A DNA stretch of 53,740 nt, from positions 1 to 53,740 of the forward strand of contig CACIYM010000004.1 in assembly GCA_902590895.1 (NCBI GenBank), given 5' to 3'. This document shows, piece by piece, positions 1-9,465 of the stretch (the stretch's first letter is position 1; the number at the start of each line of letters is the position of its first letter). The DNA comes from an uncultured Alphaproteobacteria bacterium (lineage in GTDB: Bacteria; Pseudomonadota; Alphaproteobacteria; Methylaequorales; Methylaequoraceae). The translations under genes and the position numbers were made by a program. The notes below the pieces were generated by a model. It searched no databases and had not been told where the DNA came from. It saw only the letters and a list, made by a program, of their open reading frames with translations.

Positions 1-1
1 A

Positions 2-3000
2 GTAAACTTTGACAATTCTATAATAACTGTTTCAGGTTTACAGGGTGGTGAAACATTAGCTTTGGATGATGATATTAATACTAACAATGTGAATGTTGGA
101 ACATATAATACTGGATCGGGTAATTTGTTAGTTTCTGATGTCAATAACTCTCATGTTACTTACAAAAAGGTAGCTGATCATGGAGGAGATGGTACTAAAG
201 TAAACTGGCCAGGAACCTCAAATCACGAACTTACTCCAGATTCTGGAGAATCAACTGAGGATTTTACACAAAGAGCACTTGAATTGATGAACACGGCTGG
301 TTCTGGAATCGCTTATTTTGTGATGACTTATTCGGATAATACCAAAACTACTGCGACTTCTGCAAAGGCTAAGGCAAGCGCTAGTGTTGTTGGATCAAGT
401 ATTAGCGGCAAAGACCTTTTTACAGTAGCGACAAATCAATCAGATATTGAAACGGCAACAAGTAAAACAGCCTCTGATTATGGAGCAGGATTTAGATTGC
501 TTGACGGAACAGGATTTGCGTCAAACTACACTATTACAAGCAATTCCTTTGCAATTACCCAGCGAGTGTTGAGTTCTTCAGGAAGCAGACTGTATGATGC
601 AACTACAACAGCTAGCTCCAGCGACTTAACTCTAAGTAATCTTGTAGGTTCCGAAACATTGACATTATCAGGAAGCGGTACATTAAGTGATGCTGATGTT
701 GCCGCCAATAAAGCAGTTTCATTAAATACATTATCTATTGCTGATAATACTGGGTTAGCTTCTAACTATACGCTTAGTGGCGGTACGCATCAGTTAACTG
801 TGAATCAACGTCCGCTAAATGCGACACTAGCCAGACAATATGACGGAACAACAGCATCTGCAGGTTCGACTTTGAGCAGCTTTGATGCGTTGCAAGGGGG
901 AGAAACTCTAACATTAAGTGGTTCTGGCACATCTGCTAGTGCCAATGTTGCTAATGGAATAGCTATGAGCAGTAATGGGAACCTTGCTCTTGTTGATGGA
1001 ACAGGTCTGGCATCGAATTATAGTTTAAACTCAACGGTAATCAATATTACAAAAAGAGTGCTGAACTCGTCGGGGTCTAAGATTTATGATGCGAACACGG
1101 ATGCGTTAGCGGCAGACATTACATTAAGTAACTTAGTCTCAGGTGAAGCCCTAAACCACTCGGGAACAGCTACGATTAGTTCAGCCAATGTGGGTAGTTA
1201 TACAATTACAAATTTAGCCGGCATTACAATCGCTGATGGCAGTGGAGGAACAGCTTCCAACTATACCCTTACTGGTGGTACACATAACTTTACGGTTAAT
1301 CCGAAAGTTGTCTCAATCCAAGGAAATAAAACGTATGACGGTAATACCACGATTAGTTCGGGTAATATTACATCAGTTGTTGGTACAGTTGGAACGCAAA
1401 CTCTTATAATTAGTGGAGGAAGCGGGACTGTCTCATCCGCTAATGCGGCGACCTATGCTAGTGCCGGTATTAATGAGGGTACCTTGACGCTGGGTAATGG
1501 TACGAATGGTGGCTTAGCAAGTAATTATACATTAACAGGCCATGCGGCAAGTTCGTTCCAAGTTACGCAAAGAGTACTAAGTTCATCTGGTAGTCGTATT
1601 TATGACGGTAGTACAACAGCCAGTTCAGGTGATTTAACTTTAAGTAATTTAGTGGGGTCAGAAACATTAACGTTATCGGGTAATGGTACACTCGCCAACG
1701 CAAATGTTGGGACGAATAAAAGTGTAACTCTGAACACATTATCGATTGCTAATGGAACAAATGGAGGTCTTGCTGCTAACTATATTTTGACTGGAGGAAC
1801 ACATCAATTAACAGTAACGCAACGAGTTGTAAATGCGACAGGAACACGTCTGTATGATGCGACATCAAATGCCAATTCTAGTGACTTAAGCCTTGGAAAT
1901 TTAGTCGGATCAGAGACATTGGTATTAAGTGGGGCGGGAACACTCGCTGATAAGAACGTTGCGGCCAATAAAACAATAGGTGTAGGCACACTTGGTCTTG
2001 CAGACGGCAGTAACGGTGGATTAGCGGCGAACTATACTTTGTCTTCTGGAACGCATTTATTGACGATTAATCAAAAACCAGTTAGCATAACTGGTACTCG
2101 TACATACGACGCAACAGCGATAACTTTGCCAACTGATTTAAGCATCGGCGGACTTGTCGGTGGTGAGTCAATATCGTTGACTGGTCAGGGATCAATTGCC
2201 GACAAAAATGTGGGTGCTGGGAAGACAATTACGCTTAATACTTTAACACTAAATAACGGAGCCAACCCAACTCACCTCGCTTCAAATTATACCTTCACCG
2301 GGGGCACTCATACCTTCGATGTTACTCAGCGAACTTTGACTTTCAGTGGGACAAAAGTATACGACGGAAATACGACAGTAAGCTCATCTGAACTTACTAC
2401 AATTACTAATTTAATCGGAGGAGAAACACTAACATTTTCTGGATCTGGTTCAGTAGCATCTGCAAACGTTCAATCAGGTCAATCAATTACTAACGGAACA
2501 CTAAGTATTAATGATGGAACTGGATTAGCAAGCAATTATAACCTAACTACGGGAACGTTTGATATCACCCAACGTTGGGTAACGCTTACAGGAACAAGGA
2601 GTTATGATGGAACAACCACCGCGGATAGTTCTGATCTAGTTATCTCAAATTTAGTAGCAGGCGAAACCCTGGGATTAACAGGAAATGGTACTGTAGCTTC
2701 TAAAAACGTAGGATCAAATAAAACAATAACTGATGTCTCGCTAACGCTAACAGATGGATCGGGTCTTGCGACGAACTATACAATTGGAACAAAAACTTTT
2801 AACATCACTCAGCAAGCCATATCAATAGATGGTTCTAAAGTTTATGACGGAAACACAACGGTAGCAGCAGCAAATATTTCGACATTTAATGGATTAGCCC
2901 TTACTGAAACTTTAACCATAAGTGGTTCTGGTACGGTGACCACACCTCAAGTTGGAACAAATAAAACAGTAACACTTGGCACACTTGCCTTAGCTGACGG

Positions 3001-6000
3001 AACTAATGGTGGTGAGGCATCCAACTACTCTTTGGCTAGTGGTACATTTGACGTAACGGCTAGACCAATTACTCTGTCTGGTAGTCGTGTATATGATGGA
3101 ACAACAACAGTAGCTAACAATGATCTTACAACATTTACTAATATTGTTTCGGGTGAATCACTTGCTCTTACTGGCTCTGGAACAATTGCAGATCAAAATG
3201 TGGGAACAAATAAAGCAGTTACCCTTGGAACACTTGCATTAGCTGATAACACAGGTAGTGCGTCAAATTATAGCCTTAGTTCAGCAACATTTGATGTAAG
3301 TCAAAGACCATTAAATATTACAGCAACGAAAGCTTATGATGGAAACACCTCAATCACCTCAGGGTCTGTTACGTTATCAAACTTAGTTGGCGTTGAAACA
3401 CTTACCACATCAGGGAATATTTCAACAAACACTATAAATGCTGGGTCTTTTTCAACCTCGGATATAACGGTAAGCTCACTATCACTATCAGATGGAACAG
3501 GGACAGCTTCAAACTACACTCTAAGTGGAGGAACTTACTCAGCCACTATTACCCAAAAGACACTAGGACTTTCAGGTATTAAAGTTTATGACTCGACAAC
3601 AGCGGCTAATTCATCAGATCTAAGTTTAACAGGATTAGTTGGATCAGAAACGCTTACTTTAAGTGGAAGTGGAACGCTTTCTACATCGTCTGTTGGCACA
3701 GGAAAAACAATTACCCTGAATACACTAGCTATATCTGATGGTAGTGGACTGGCTTTGAATTATGACTTATCAGGAGCGGCAACAATGGATGTTACAGCAC
3801 GACCGGTAACGGCTAGTGGCTCAAGAGTTTACGATGGAACAACAACTGTGAATGGAACCAATCTAACGTCAATCAGTAATTTAGCTGGAGCAGATACACT
3901 TAGTATAACGGGAGCGGGAACAGCAACGGCAAATGTCGGTAATGGTAAATCAGTAACCTTGGGATCACTAGCACTTGCCAGCGGCAGTGGAAACGCCACA
4001 AATTATTCACTTTCATCAGCAACGGTCAATATAACTCAACGTCCATTAGATTTAGAGGCTTCAAAGATTTATGATGGAACAACAACAATTAATGGATCTG
4101 ACTTTTCAACCTTTAATAATATTGTTGGTGGTGAGACGTTGTCCGTTATAGGTTCGGGAACGGTTACATCAGCCAATGTCGGAGCTGGAAAATCGATAAC
4201 ATCAGTAAATCTTGCATTAGCCAATGGAACGGGATCTGCTAGTAACTATTCAATTAATTCATTAACTGCTGACATAACTGGCAGACCGGTAACTATTTCT
4301 GGATCTCGCCTTTATGACAGCACTACAACGGCAGATAGTTCAATTCTTACAATTACTTCGGGTGTAAGTGGGGAAAATCTAACGTTGACGGGTTCTGGAA
4401 TATTAGGAGCGGCAAGTGCAGGTTCTCAAACGATAACAAATAACAATACATTAGCCTTAGCTGACGGAACCGGACTTGCCAGTAATTATACATTAACTTC
4501 AGCGACAATAAATGTAACCATAAATCCAAGAATGCTCAATGTTACATTATCAAGAGAATATGATGGAACAACAACAGTTTCAGGTGCATCATTGACACCA
4601 ACATTTGATAGTTTACAAGGCGGTGAAACACTAGCTCTTTCAGGCACAGGTTCTGTTGCAAGTGCAGATGTTGGAAGCTCTAAAGCAGTAACTTTAGGAA
4701 CAATAGTCTTGGCTGCTGGTTCTGGTAACCCAAGTAATTATACGCTTAATTCAGCTTTAATGGATGTTACCCAAAGGGTAATTAACCTTGATGGTATTAG
4801 AGCTTATGATGCCACAACAAATGTATTAAGTTCAGATATAAATACATTTGGAAATATTGTTTCAGGAGAAACTCTGACGGTTTCTGGAACAGGATCAGTT
4901 TCGACCAATTCAGTTGAAATGAATAAAGCGATTTCACTTGGGACTTTGTCTCTAGGAAACGGGTCGGGTTTAGCCGGCAACTATACTTTAGCTGGAGGAA
5001 CTCATACATTTGACATTTCCCCTTTGGCTGTAAATGTAACTGGAAGTAGACAATATAATGGAACGAATGTTATAGACAGTTCAGACTTATTGCTTACTAA
5101 TCTGTTAACAGGAGAAACAGTTAGTTTATCTGGACAGGGAACAGTTGTGTCTGCTGATGTTGGCGCTAATAAGACAGTGACATCTGTTAATTTGGCATTA
5201 ACGGGCCCTAACGCGAGTAATTATACATTAAATAGCTACACAACAAGTTTTGAAATTACACCAAAGATAATTAGTTTAAATGGGACAAAAGTTTATGATG
5301 GTCTTACTACCGTTCCGAATACAAGTTTAACAGTTACAACTGGTGTTAGTGGTCAGAGCCTTGGATTAAAAGGAGCAGGTACACTTTTATCTGAATCCTC
5401 AGGAAATGGAAAAACAGTTTTACTAGGAACCTTAGAACTTGACTCCACGGGTTCAGGCACTGCAAGTAACTTCACACTGTCCGGAGGAACACATACATTA
5501 AATGTAACTCCAAGGCCATTAACATTTACCTCATCAAGAAGTTATGACGGAACAACTACGGCAAACACATCAGATTTAACATACACATTTGGGAATTTAG
5601 TTTCAGGTGAGAGTCTGGTTTTATCTGGTTCGGGAACAGTGGCATCAAAGGATGTTTCAGCTGGAACACAAAATATTTCACTAGGAACTATTGCGTTAGC
5701 AAATAATACAGGTGTAGCTACAAATTATTCTCTAGCATCAGGCACATTGGATGTTACCAAGAAGCAAGTCAATCTTACTGGAACAAAAGTTTACGATAAT
5801 AGCGCAACACTTAACAATTCAATAATGTCAGTTGCATCTGGGCTGGTTGGATCGGAGACATTAGGATTAAGTGGTGATGTTGTAACCAATTCAGATAATG
5901 TCGGCATATACTTGGCAAGTGCTAATCAATTAAATTCTGGATCAACTACTATTTCTCTAGCTGATGGATCTAATGGTGGTTTAGCAAACAATTATACTAT

Positions 6001-8179
6001 CAATGAACAAACCATCACGATAACAAAGAGACCAATAACAATCTCAGGTACAAAAGTTTATGATGGTACAAAAGCAGTCAATGCGGGAAGCATCACAACC
6101 TTTAACAATACAGTTGGAGGACAAACTCTGACAATCTCTGGAAACACAACATTTCTAGAATCACAAAGTGTTGGATCAAGTAAGACAATAACCGTTTCTG
6201 GTTTTACACTTGGAGATGGCACCGGTGCTGCAAGTAACTACAGTCTAAGTAGCGGTACTTTTGATGTTACAACACGTTCAGTAACATTAACAACTAGTAG
6301 GATTTATGACAATACTAAGGATGTTAACGCTTCAAATCTTTCAGTGACCTTTAATAACCTTGTTGGTTCTGAAACACTTTCATTAACAGGATTAGGTGCA
6401 GTGTCTTCAGAAAATGTTAGTGCAGGACAACAAGCTGTTACACTGGGAACGTTAGCTCTGTCTGATAATACAGGTGTGGCCTCAAATTATTCTTTAACAT
6501 CGGCTACTTTAGATATTAATGTCAAGCCAGTTTCATTGAGTGGAACGAGAGTTTACGATTCGTTAGATACTGTAGCGTCGACAGATTTAACAATATCAGG
6601 TACTGTTAGTGGTCAAGATCTAACGTTGTCAGGCAGTGGTAGCATGACTGCAGGCGCTAATGTCGGGACAAACAAAACAATTAATACAACTGGATTATCA
6701 CTAGGTAATGGAGTAAGTGGAACTCCAGGATCTACATCCAACTATTCACTAGTTGGCGGGACCCATCAAATAACCATTACTCAAAGACCTGTAACAATAA
6801 GCGGATCTAGATTTTATAATTCTACAACAACAGTAAGTAGTTCTGATATCAGCACATTTAATAATACCGCTGGAGGCGAAACATTAGCGATAACAGGAGC
6901 TGGTTCTGTTGCTAGCGCTCTTTCAGGCGCAGGTAAAACTATAACACTGGGAACACTAACCCTCACAGACGGAACAGGATTGGCTTCAAACTATTCGTTA
7001 GCGAGTGGAACATTTGATGTAAACTCTAGACAGGTAAATATTTCAGGATCGAGAATTTTTGATGGAACTACTGTTGTCAATGGAACAGATTTGGTTGTAA
7101 CAACAGGTGTAGGAAGCGAGATTTTAACAGTGACTGGTACAGGAAGCATATCAAATGCTAGCGTCGGAGTAGGCAAATCTGTGACAGCTGGTACGTTAGC
7201 CTTGGCTAGCGGAAGTGGTTCCTCATCAAACTATACTATTGGTTCCATTACTCTAACAGTAACCCAAAGACCCATTAATACTGCTTTTGAAAAAACTTAT
7301 GATGCTAGTGTAAGTGTAACAAACAGCGATTTAAAAACTAACGGTATTACTAATACTGTGCTCGGACACTCACTCGCACTAAGTGGTACTGGAACTATGT
7401 CCACCACTGGCGTAGGTATAGGCAAGTCGTTGTCCGTTGGTACACTTTCTCTAAGTGGAGCTCAGTCGGCAAATTACACTCTCACTGGCGGTACTCACAC
7501 CATTGATGTAAACCCAAGAACTACAAACGCGACTGGATCAAGGCACTATGATGCTTCCACTATAGCGGGAGGTTCGGCCTTCAATACCTTTAGTAATACT
7601 GTAGGCAGCGATACCGTGACGTTATCAGGCTCAGGTAGCTTTGCATCTGCCGGCGTTGGTTCAAAAGGTGTTACTATTGGAACTTTGCAGTCAGCTCACC
7701 CTAATTATACCTTGGGGAATGCAACATTAACTGTTACACAAAGACCAGTTAATTTATTTGGTAGTAGAGTTGCCGGAGGACCAGAGGGAACAGATGTTGA
7801 GGTATCTGAACTTCGTTTTACAAACTTGCCTGCTGGTGAAACGTTGAATTTATCAGGTATTGGAAGAATTCCAAGTATTGCCGTATCAACTCATCCACTA
7901 AGTTTACATACCCTAACAATGAGTAATGGAACAGGTTTGATTTCAAATTATACTTTTGTTGGTGGGTCTTTTGTTTTTGATATAACCTCGCCTCTAAGGT
8001 CCAGAGCTGGGGTTCTGCGGGCATTACAGACAATGAGTAATGGAAATAATAGAAAGTTATTGCCATCTAAAACATCTCATCGCTCAATGCCAGCTACTTC
8101 TGAAAGAATTACAGTATCAACACCAGATCAGTCAGTTCAAGTCAATCCTTGTGTACTACAAAATGGTTACTGTAATTAA
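2..8179 (+). CDS. Giant YDG-repeat surface protein / filamentous haemagglutinin-like adhesin, 5'-truncated
   Basis: The frame is open from base 2 (VNFDNSIITVSGLQGGETLAL...), so the TTG at 62 is not the true start. About 30 tandem ~85-aa repeats of the pattern (K/R)xYDG...L.G.ETL.LSG.G....NVG..K...L....L.DG.G.ASNY.L......ITQR. S/T/G-rich; non-repeat C-terminal tail. Confidence 0.9.
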   Translation, partial: VNFDNSIITVSGLQGGETLALDDDINTNNVNVGTYNTGSGNLLVSDVNNSHVTYKKVADHGGDGTKVNWPGTSNHELTPDSGESTEDFTQRALELMNTAGSGIAYFVMTYSDNTKTTATSAKAKASASVVGSSISGKDLFTVATNQSDIETATSKTASDYGAGFRLLDGTGFASNYTITSNSFAITQRVLSSSGSRLYDATTTASSSDLTLSNLVGSETLTLSGSGTLSDADVAANKAVSLNTLSIADNTGLASNYTLSGGTHQLTVNQRPLNATLARQYDGTTASAGSTLSSFDALQGGETLTLSGSGTSASANVANGIAMSSNGNLALVDGTGLASNYSLNSTVINITKRVLNSSGSKIYDANTDALAADITLSNLVSGEALNHSGTATISSANVGSYTITNLAGITIADGSGGTASNYTLTGGTHNFTVNPKVVSIQGNKTYDGNTTISSGNITSVVGTVGTQTLIISGGSGTVSSANAATYASAGINEGTLTLGNGTNGGLASNYTLTGHAASSFQVTQRVLSSSGSRIYDGSTTASSGDLTLSNLVGSETLTLSGNGTLANANVGTNKSVTLNTLSIANGTNGGLAANYILTGGTHQLTVTQRVVNATGTRLYDATSNANSSDLSLGNLVGSETLVLSGAGTLADKNVAANKTIGVGTLGLADGSNGGLAANYTLSSGTHLLTINQKPVSITGTRTYDATAITLPTDLSIGGLVGGESISLTGQGSIADKNVGAGKTITLNTLTLNNGANPTHLASNYTFTGGTHTFDVTQRTLTFSGTKVYDGNTTVSSSELTTITNLIGGETLTFSGSGSVASANVQSGQSITNGTLSINDGTGLASNYNLTTGTFDITQRWVTLTGTRSYDGTTTADSSDLVISNLVAGETLGLTGNGTVASKNVGSNKTITDVSLTLTDGSGLATNYTIGTKTFNITQQAISIDGSKVYDGNTTVAAANISTFNGLALTETLTISGSGTVTTPQVGTNKTVTLGTLALADGTNGGEASNYSLASGTFDVTARPITLSGSRVYDGTTTVANNDLTTFTNIVSGESLALTGSGTIADQNVGTNKAVTLGTLALADNTGSASNYSLSSATFDVSQRPLNITATKAYDGNTSITSGSVTLSNLVGVETLTTSGNISTNTINAGSFSTSDITVSSLSLSDGTGTASNYTLSGGTYSATITQKTLGLSGIKVYDSTTAANSSDLSLTGLVGSETLTLSGSGTLSTSSVGTGKTITLNTLAISDGSGLALNYDLSGAATMDVTARPVTASGSRVYDGTTTVNGTNLTSISNLAGADTLSITGAGTATANVGNGKSVTLGSLALASGSGNATNYSLSSATVNITQRPLDLEASKIYDGTTTINGSDFSTFNNIVGGETLSVIGSGTVTSANVGAGKSITSVNLALANGTGSASNYSINSLTADITGRPVTISGSRLYDSTTTADSSILTITSGVSGENLTLTGSGILGAASAGSQTITNNNTLALADGTGLASNYTLTSATINVTINPRMLNVTLSREYDGTTTVSGASLTPTFDSLQGGETLALSGTGSVASADVGSSKAVTLGTIVLAAGSGNPSNYTLNSALMDVTQRVINLDGIRAYDATTNVLSSDINTFGNIVSGETLTVSGTGSVSTNSVEMNKAISLGTLSLGNGSGLAGNYTLAGGTHTFDISPLAVNVTGSRQYNGTNVIDSSDLLLTNLLTGETVSLSGQGTVVSADVGANKTVTSVNLALTGPNASNYTLNSYTTSFEITPKIISLNGTKVYDGLTTVPNTSLTVTTGVSGQSLGLKGAGTLLSESSGNGKTVLLGTLELDSTGSGTASNFTLSGGTHTLNVTPRPLTFTSSRSYDGTTTANTSDLTYTFGNLVSGESLVLSGSGTVASKDVSAGTQNISLGTIALANNTGVATNYSLASGTLDVTKKQVNLTGTKVYDNSATLNNSIMSVASGLVGSETLGLSGDVVTNSDNVGIYLASANQLNSGSTTISLADGSNGGLANNYTINEQTITITKRPITISGTKVYDGTKAVNAGSITTFNNTVGGQTLTISGNTTFLESQSVGSSKTITVSGFTLGDGTGAASNYSLSSGTFDVTTRSVTLTTSRIYDNTKDVNASNLSVTFNNLVGSETLSLTGLGAVSSENVSAGQQAVTLGTLALSDNTGVASNYSLTSATLDINVKPVSLSGTRVYDSLDTVASTDLTISGTVSGQDLTLSGSGSMTAGANVGTNKTINTTGLSLGNGVSGTPGSTSNYSLVGGTHQITITQRPVTISGSRFYNSTTTVSSSDISTFNNTAGGETLAITGAGSVASALSGAGKTITLGTLTLTDGTGLASNYSLASGTFDVNSRQVNISGSRIFDGTTVVNGTDLVVTTGVGSEILTVTGTGSISNASVGVGKSVTAGTLALASGSGSSSNYTIGSITLTVTQRPINTAFEKTYDASVSVTNSDLKTNGITNTVLGHSLALSGTGTMSTTGVGIGKSLSVGTLSLSGAQSANYTLTGGTHTIDVNPRTTNATGSRHYDASTIAGGSAFNTFSNTVGSDTVTLSGSGSFASAGVGSKGVTIGTLQSAHPNYTLGNATLTVTQRPVNLFGSRVAGGPEGTDVEVSELRFTNLPAGETLNLSGIGRIPSIAVSTHPLSLHTLTMSNGTGLISNYTFVGGSFVFDITSPLRSRAGVLRALQTMSNGNNRKLLPSKTSHRSMPATSERITVSTPDQSVQVNPCVLQNGYCN
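560..7990 (+). repeat. Array of ~30 protein-level YDG repeats (~250-270 bp each), diverged at the DNA level
   Basis: I counted 29 YD(G/A/S/N)-like motifs plus one degenerate final unit. Recurrent ETLxLSG and ASNYT/S motifs. Confidence 0.85.
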
Positions 8180-8253
8180 AATATCGTATAATATAAAATA
8201 CAATGATTTTTTTATAAAAAATTAATTTATTTATAATATTTACTAAAATATAT

Positions 8254-9465
8254 ATGTTTAGCGAATTTAAACACAAAAAGATAAGAGATTGGTGCTTTTT
8301 TGACTTTGGGATTTCTAGTTACCCAACACTTATCATTACTTTTATATATGGTGCTTTTTATGCTAAAGAAATTGCTATTACGCCTGAAATAGGAACGAGT
8401 AATTGGGGATATGCTATTTCAACTGGAAGTATATTAAGTTTTCTAATTTTTTTATTAGTAATATTTAAAGGAAACAAAAATAAAAATTTGGGAATTAGAT
8501 TTTTTAAATTATCTTTTTACTCACTTATTTTGTCAGTTTCACTGTTATATTGTTTTGATAAAGAATCAAATGAATATCTCCCTTTAACTTTTATTGCTAT
8601 TTCATTTGTAGCTTTTGAAATTATAAATCTTTTTTACAATTTATCTTTGCACAGTGTTTCAGTAAATGAAAAAAGAGGTTTAATTTCCAACTTAGGATGG
8701 GCAACAGGCTATCTAGGGGGATTGTTATCACTAATAAGTGTGCTAGCTATTTTAAACTTTACTGAGTTAAACGATTATAAAGTATTTGGGCAGTCAATTT
8801 TTCTTTTTATTGGGCCGTTCGTAGGAATTTGGACATTTGTATTTGGTTTAAAACATATAAACAATTATAAAAATAAAGTCTTCAAAATTGATAATTTTTC
8901 TTCCTTCTTTAAAAACATTAAGATTAATTCTATAAATAAATTTTTTGTAAGTTATTTTTTTTTTAACAATGCGGTTATATGTATTTTTGCTTTTGCAAGT
9001 ATGATCGCATCTTTTTTGTTTGGATTTTCGGAAAAGGAAATACTAAAACTTGGGATCTTCATAAATTTATTCGGTATTATGGGTTGTTTGTCTCTTGGAA
9101 AAATTGAAGACAAAATTGGTTCAGAAAAAATAGTTTTAACGTGTATTGTTTTTTTACTATTTATAACTTTTACTCTTTACTATATAAATGATACAAAAAT
9201 TTTTTGGCTTCTTTCCTTGATGATCGGTTTCTTTATTGGTCCAATTCAAGCTGCCAGTAGAAGCGTGATAGCGAAGAAACTTAAATCTGAAAATCAATTG
9301 TCAGCTTTTTGTGTCTACTCAATGTTTGGTAATATTTGTTCAATATTAGGTCCCTTACTAGTAAGCTTGGTTATTAATATTACTTCAGAAATAAGACAAG
9401 GGTTATTAGTAATTCCTTTATTTTTTATTATTTCTTTATTACCTTTTGTTAAAACTAATGCTTAA
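8254..9465 (+). CDS. MFS transporter, UMF1/ATG22-like
   Basis: Multiple hydrophobic helices; W..FDF..SSY, ISNLGWATGYLGG and GPIQAASRS motifs. Confidence 0.8.
   Translation: MFSEFKHKKIRDWCFFDFGISSYPTLIITFIYGAFYAKEIAITPEIGTSNWGYAISTGSILSFLIFLLVIFKGNKNKNLGIRFFKLSFYSLILSVSLLYCFDKESNEYLPLTFIAISFVAFEIINLFYNLSLHSVSVNEKRGLISNLGWATGYLGGLLSLISVLAILNFTELNDYKVFGQSIFLFIGPFVGIWTFVFGLKHINNYKNKVFKIDNFSSFFKNIKINSINKFFVSYFFFNNAVICIFAFASMIASFLFGFSEKEILKLGIFINLFGIMGCLSLGKIEDKIGSEKIVLTCIVFLLFITFTLYYINDTKIFWLLSLMIGFFIGPIQAASRSVIAKKLKSENQLSAFCVYSMFGNICSILGPLLVSLVINITSEIRQGLLVIPLFFIISLLPFVKTNA

Noticed and set aside
560-7990. CRISPR array or DNA tandem repeat
   Set aside because: The periodicity is at the protein level within one open frame. 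There are no identical DNA repeats with unique spacers and no cas genes.
1-8179. Higher GC of the giant gene as evidence of a horizontally acquired island
   Set aside because: It is largely explained by Gly/Ala/Thr/Ser-rich composition. No integrase, tRNA or flanking direct repeat is visible at the right boundary.
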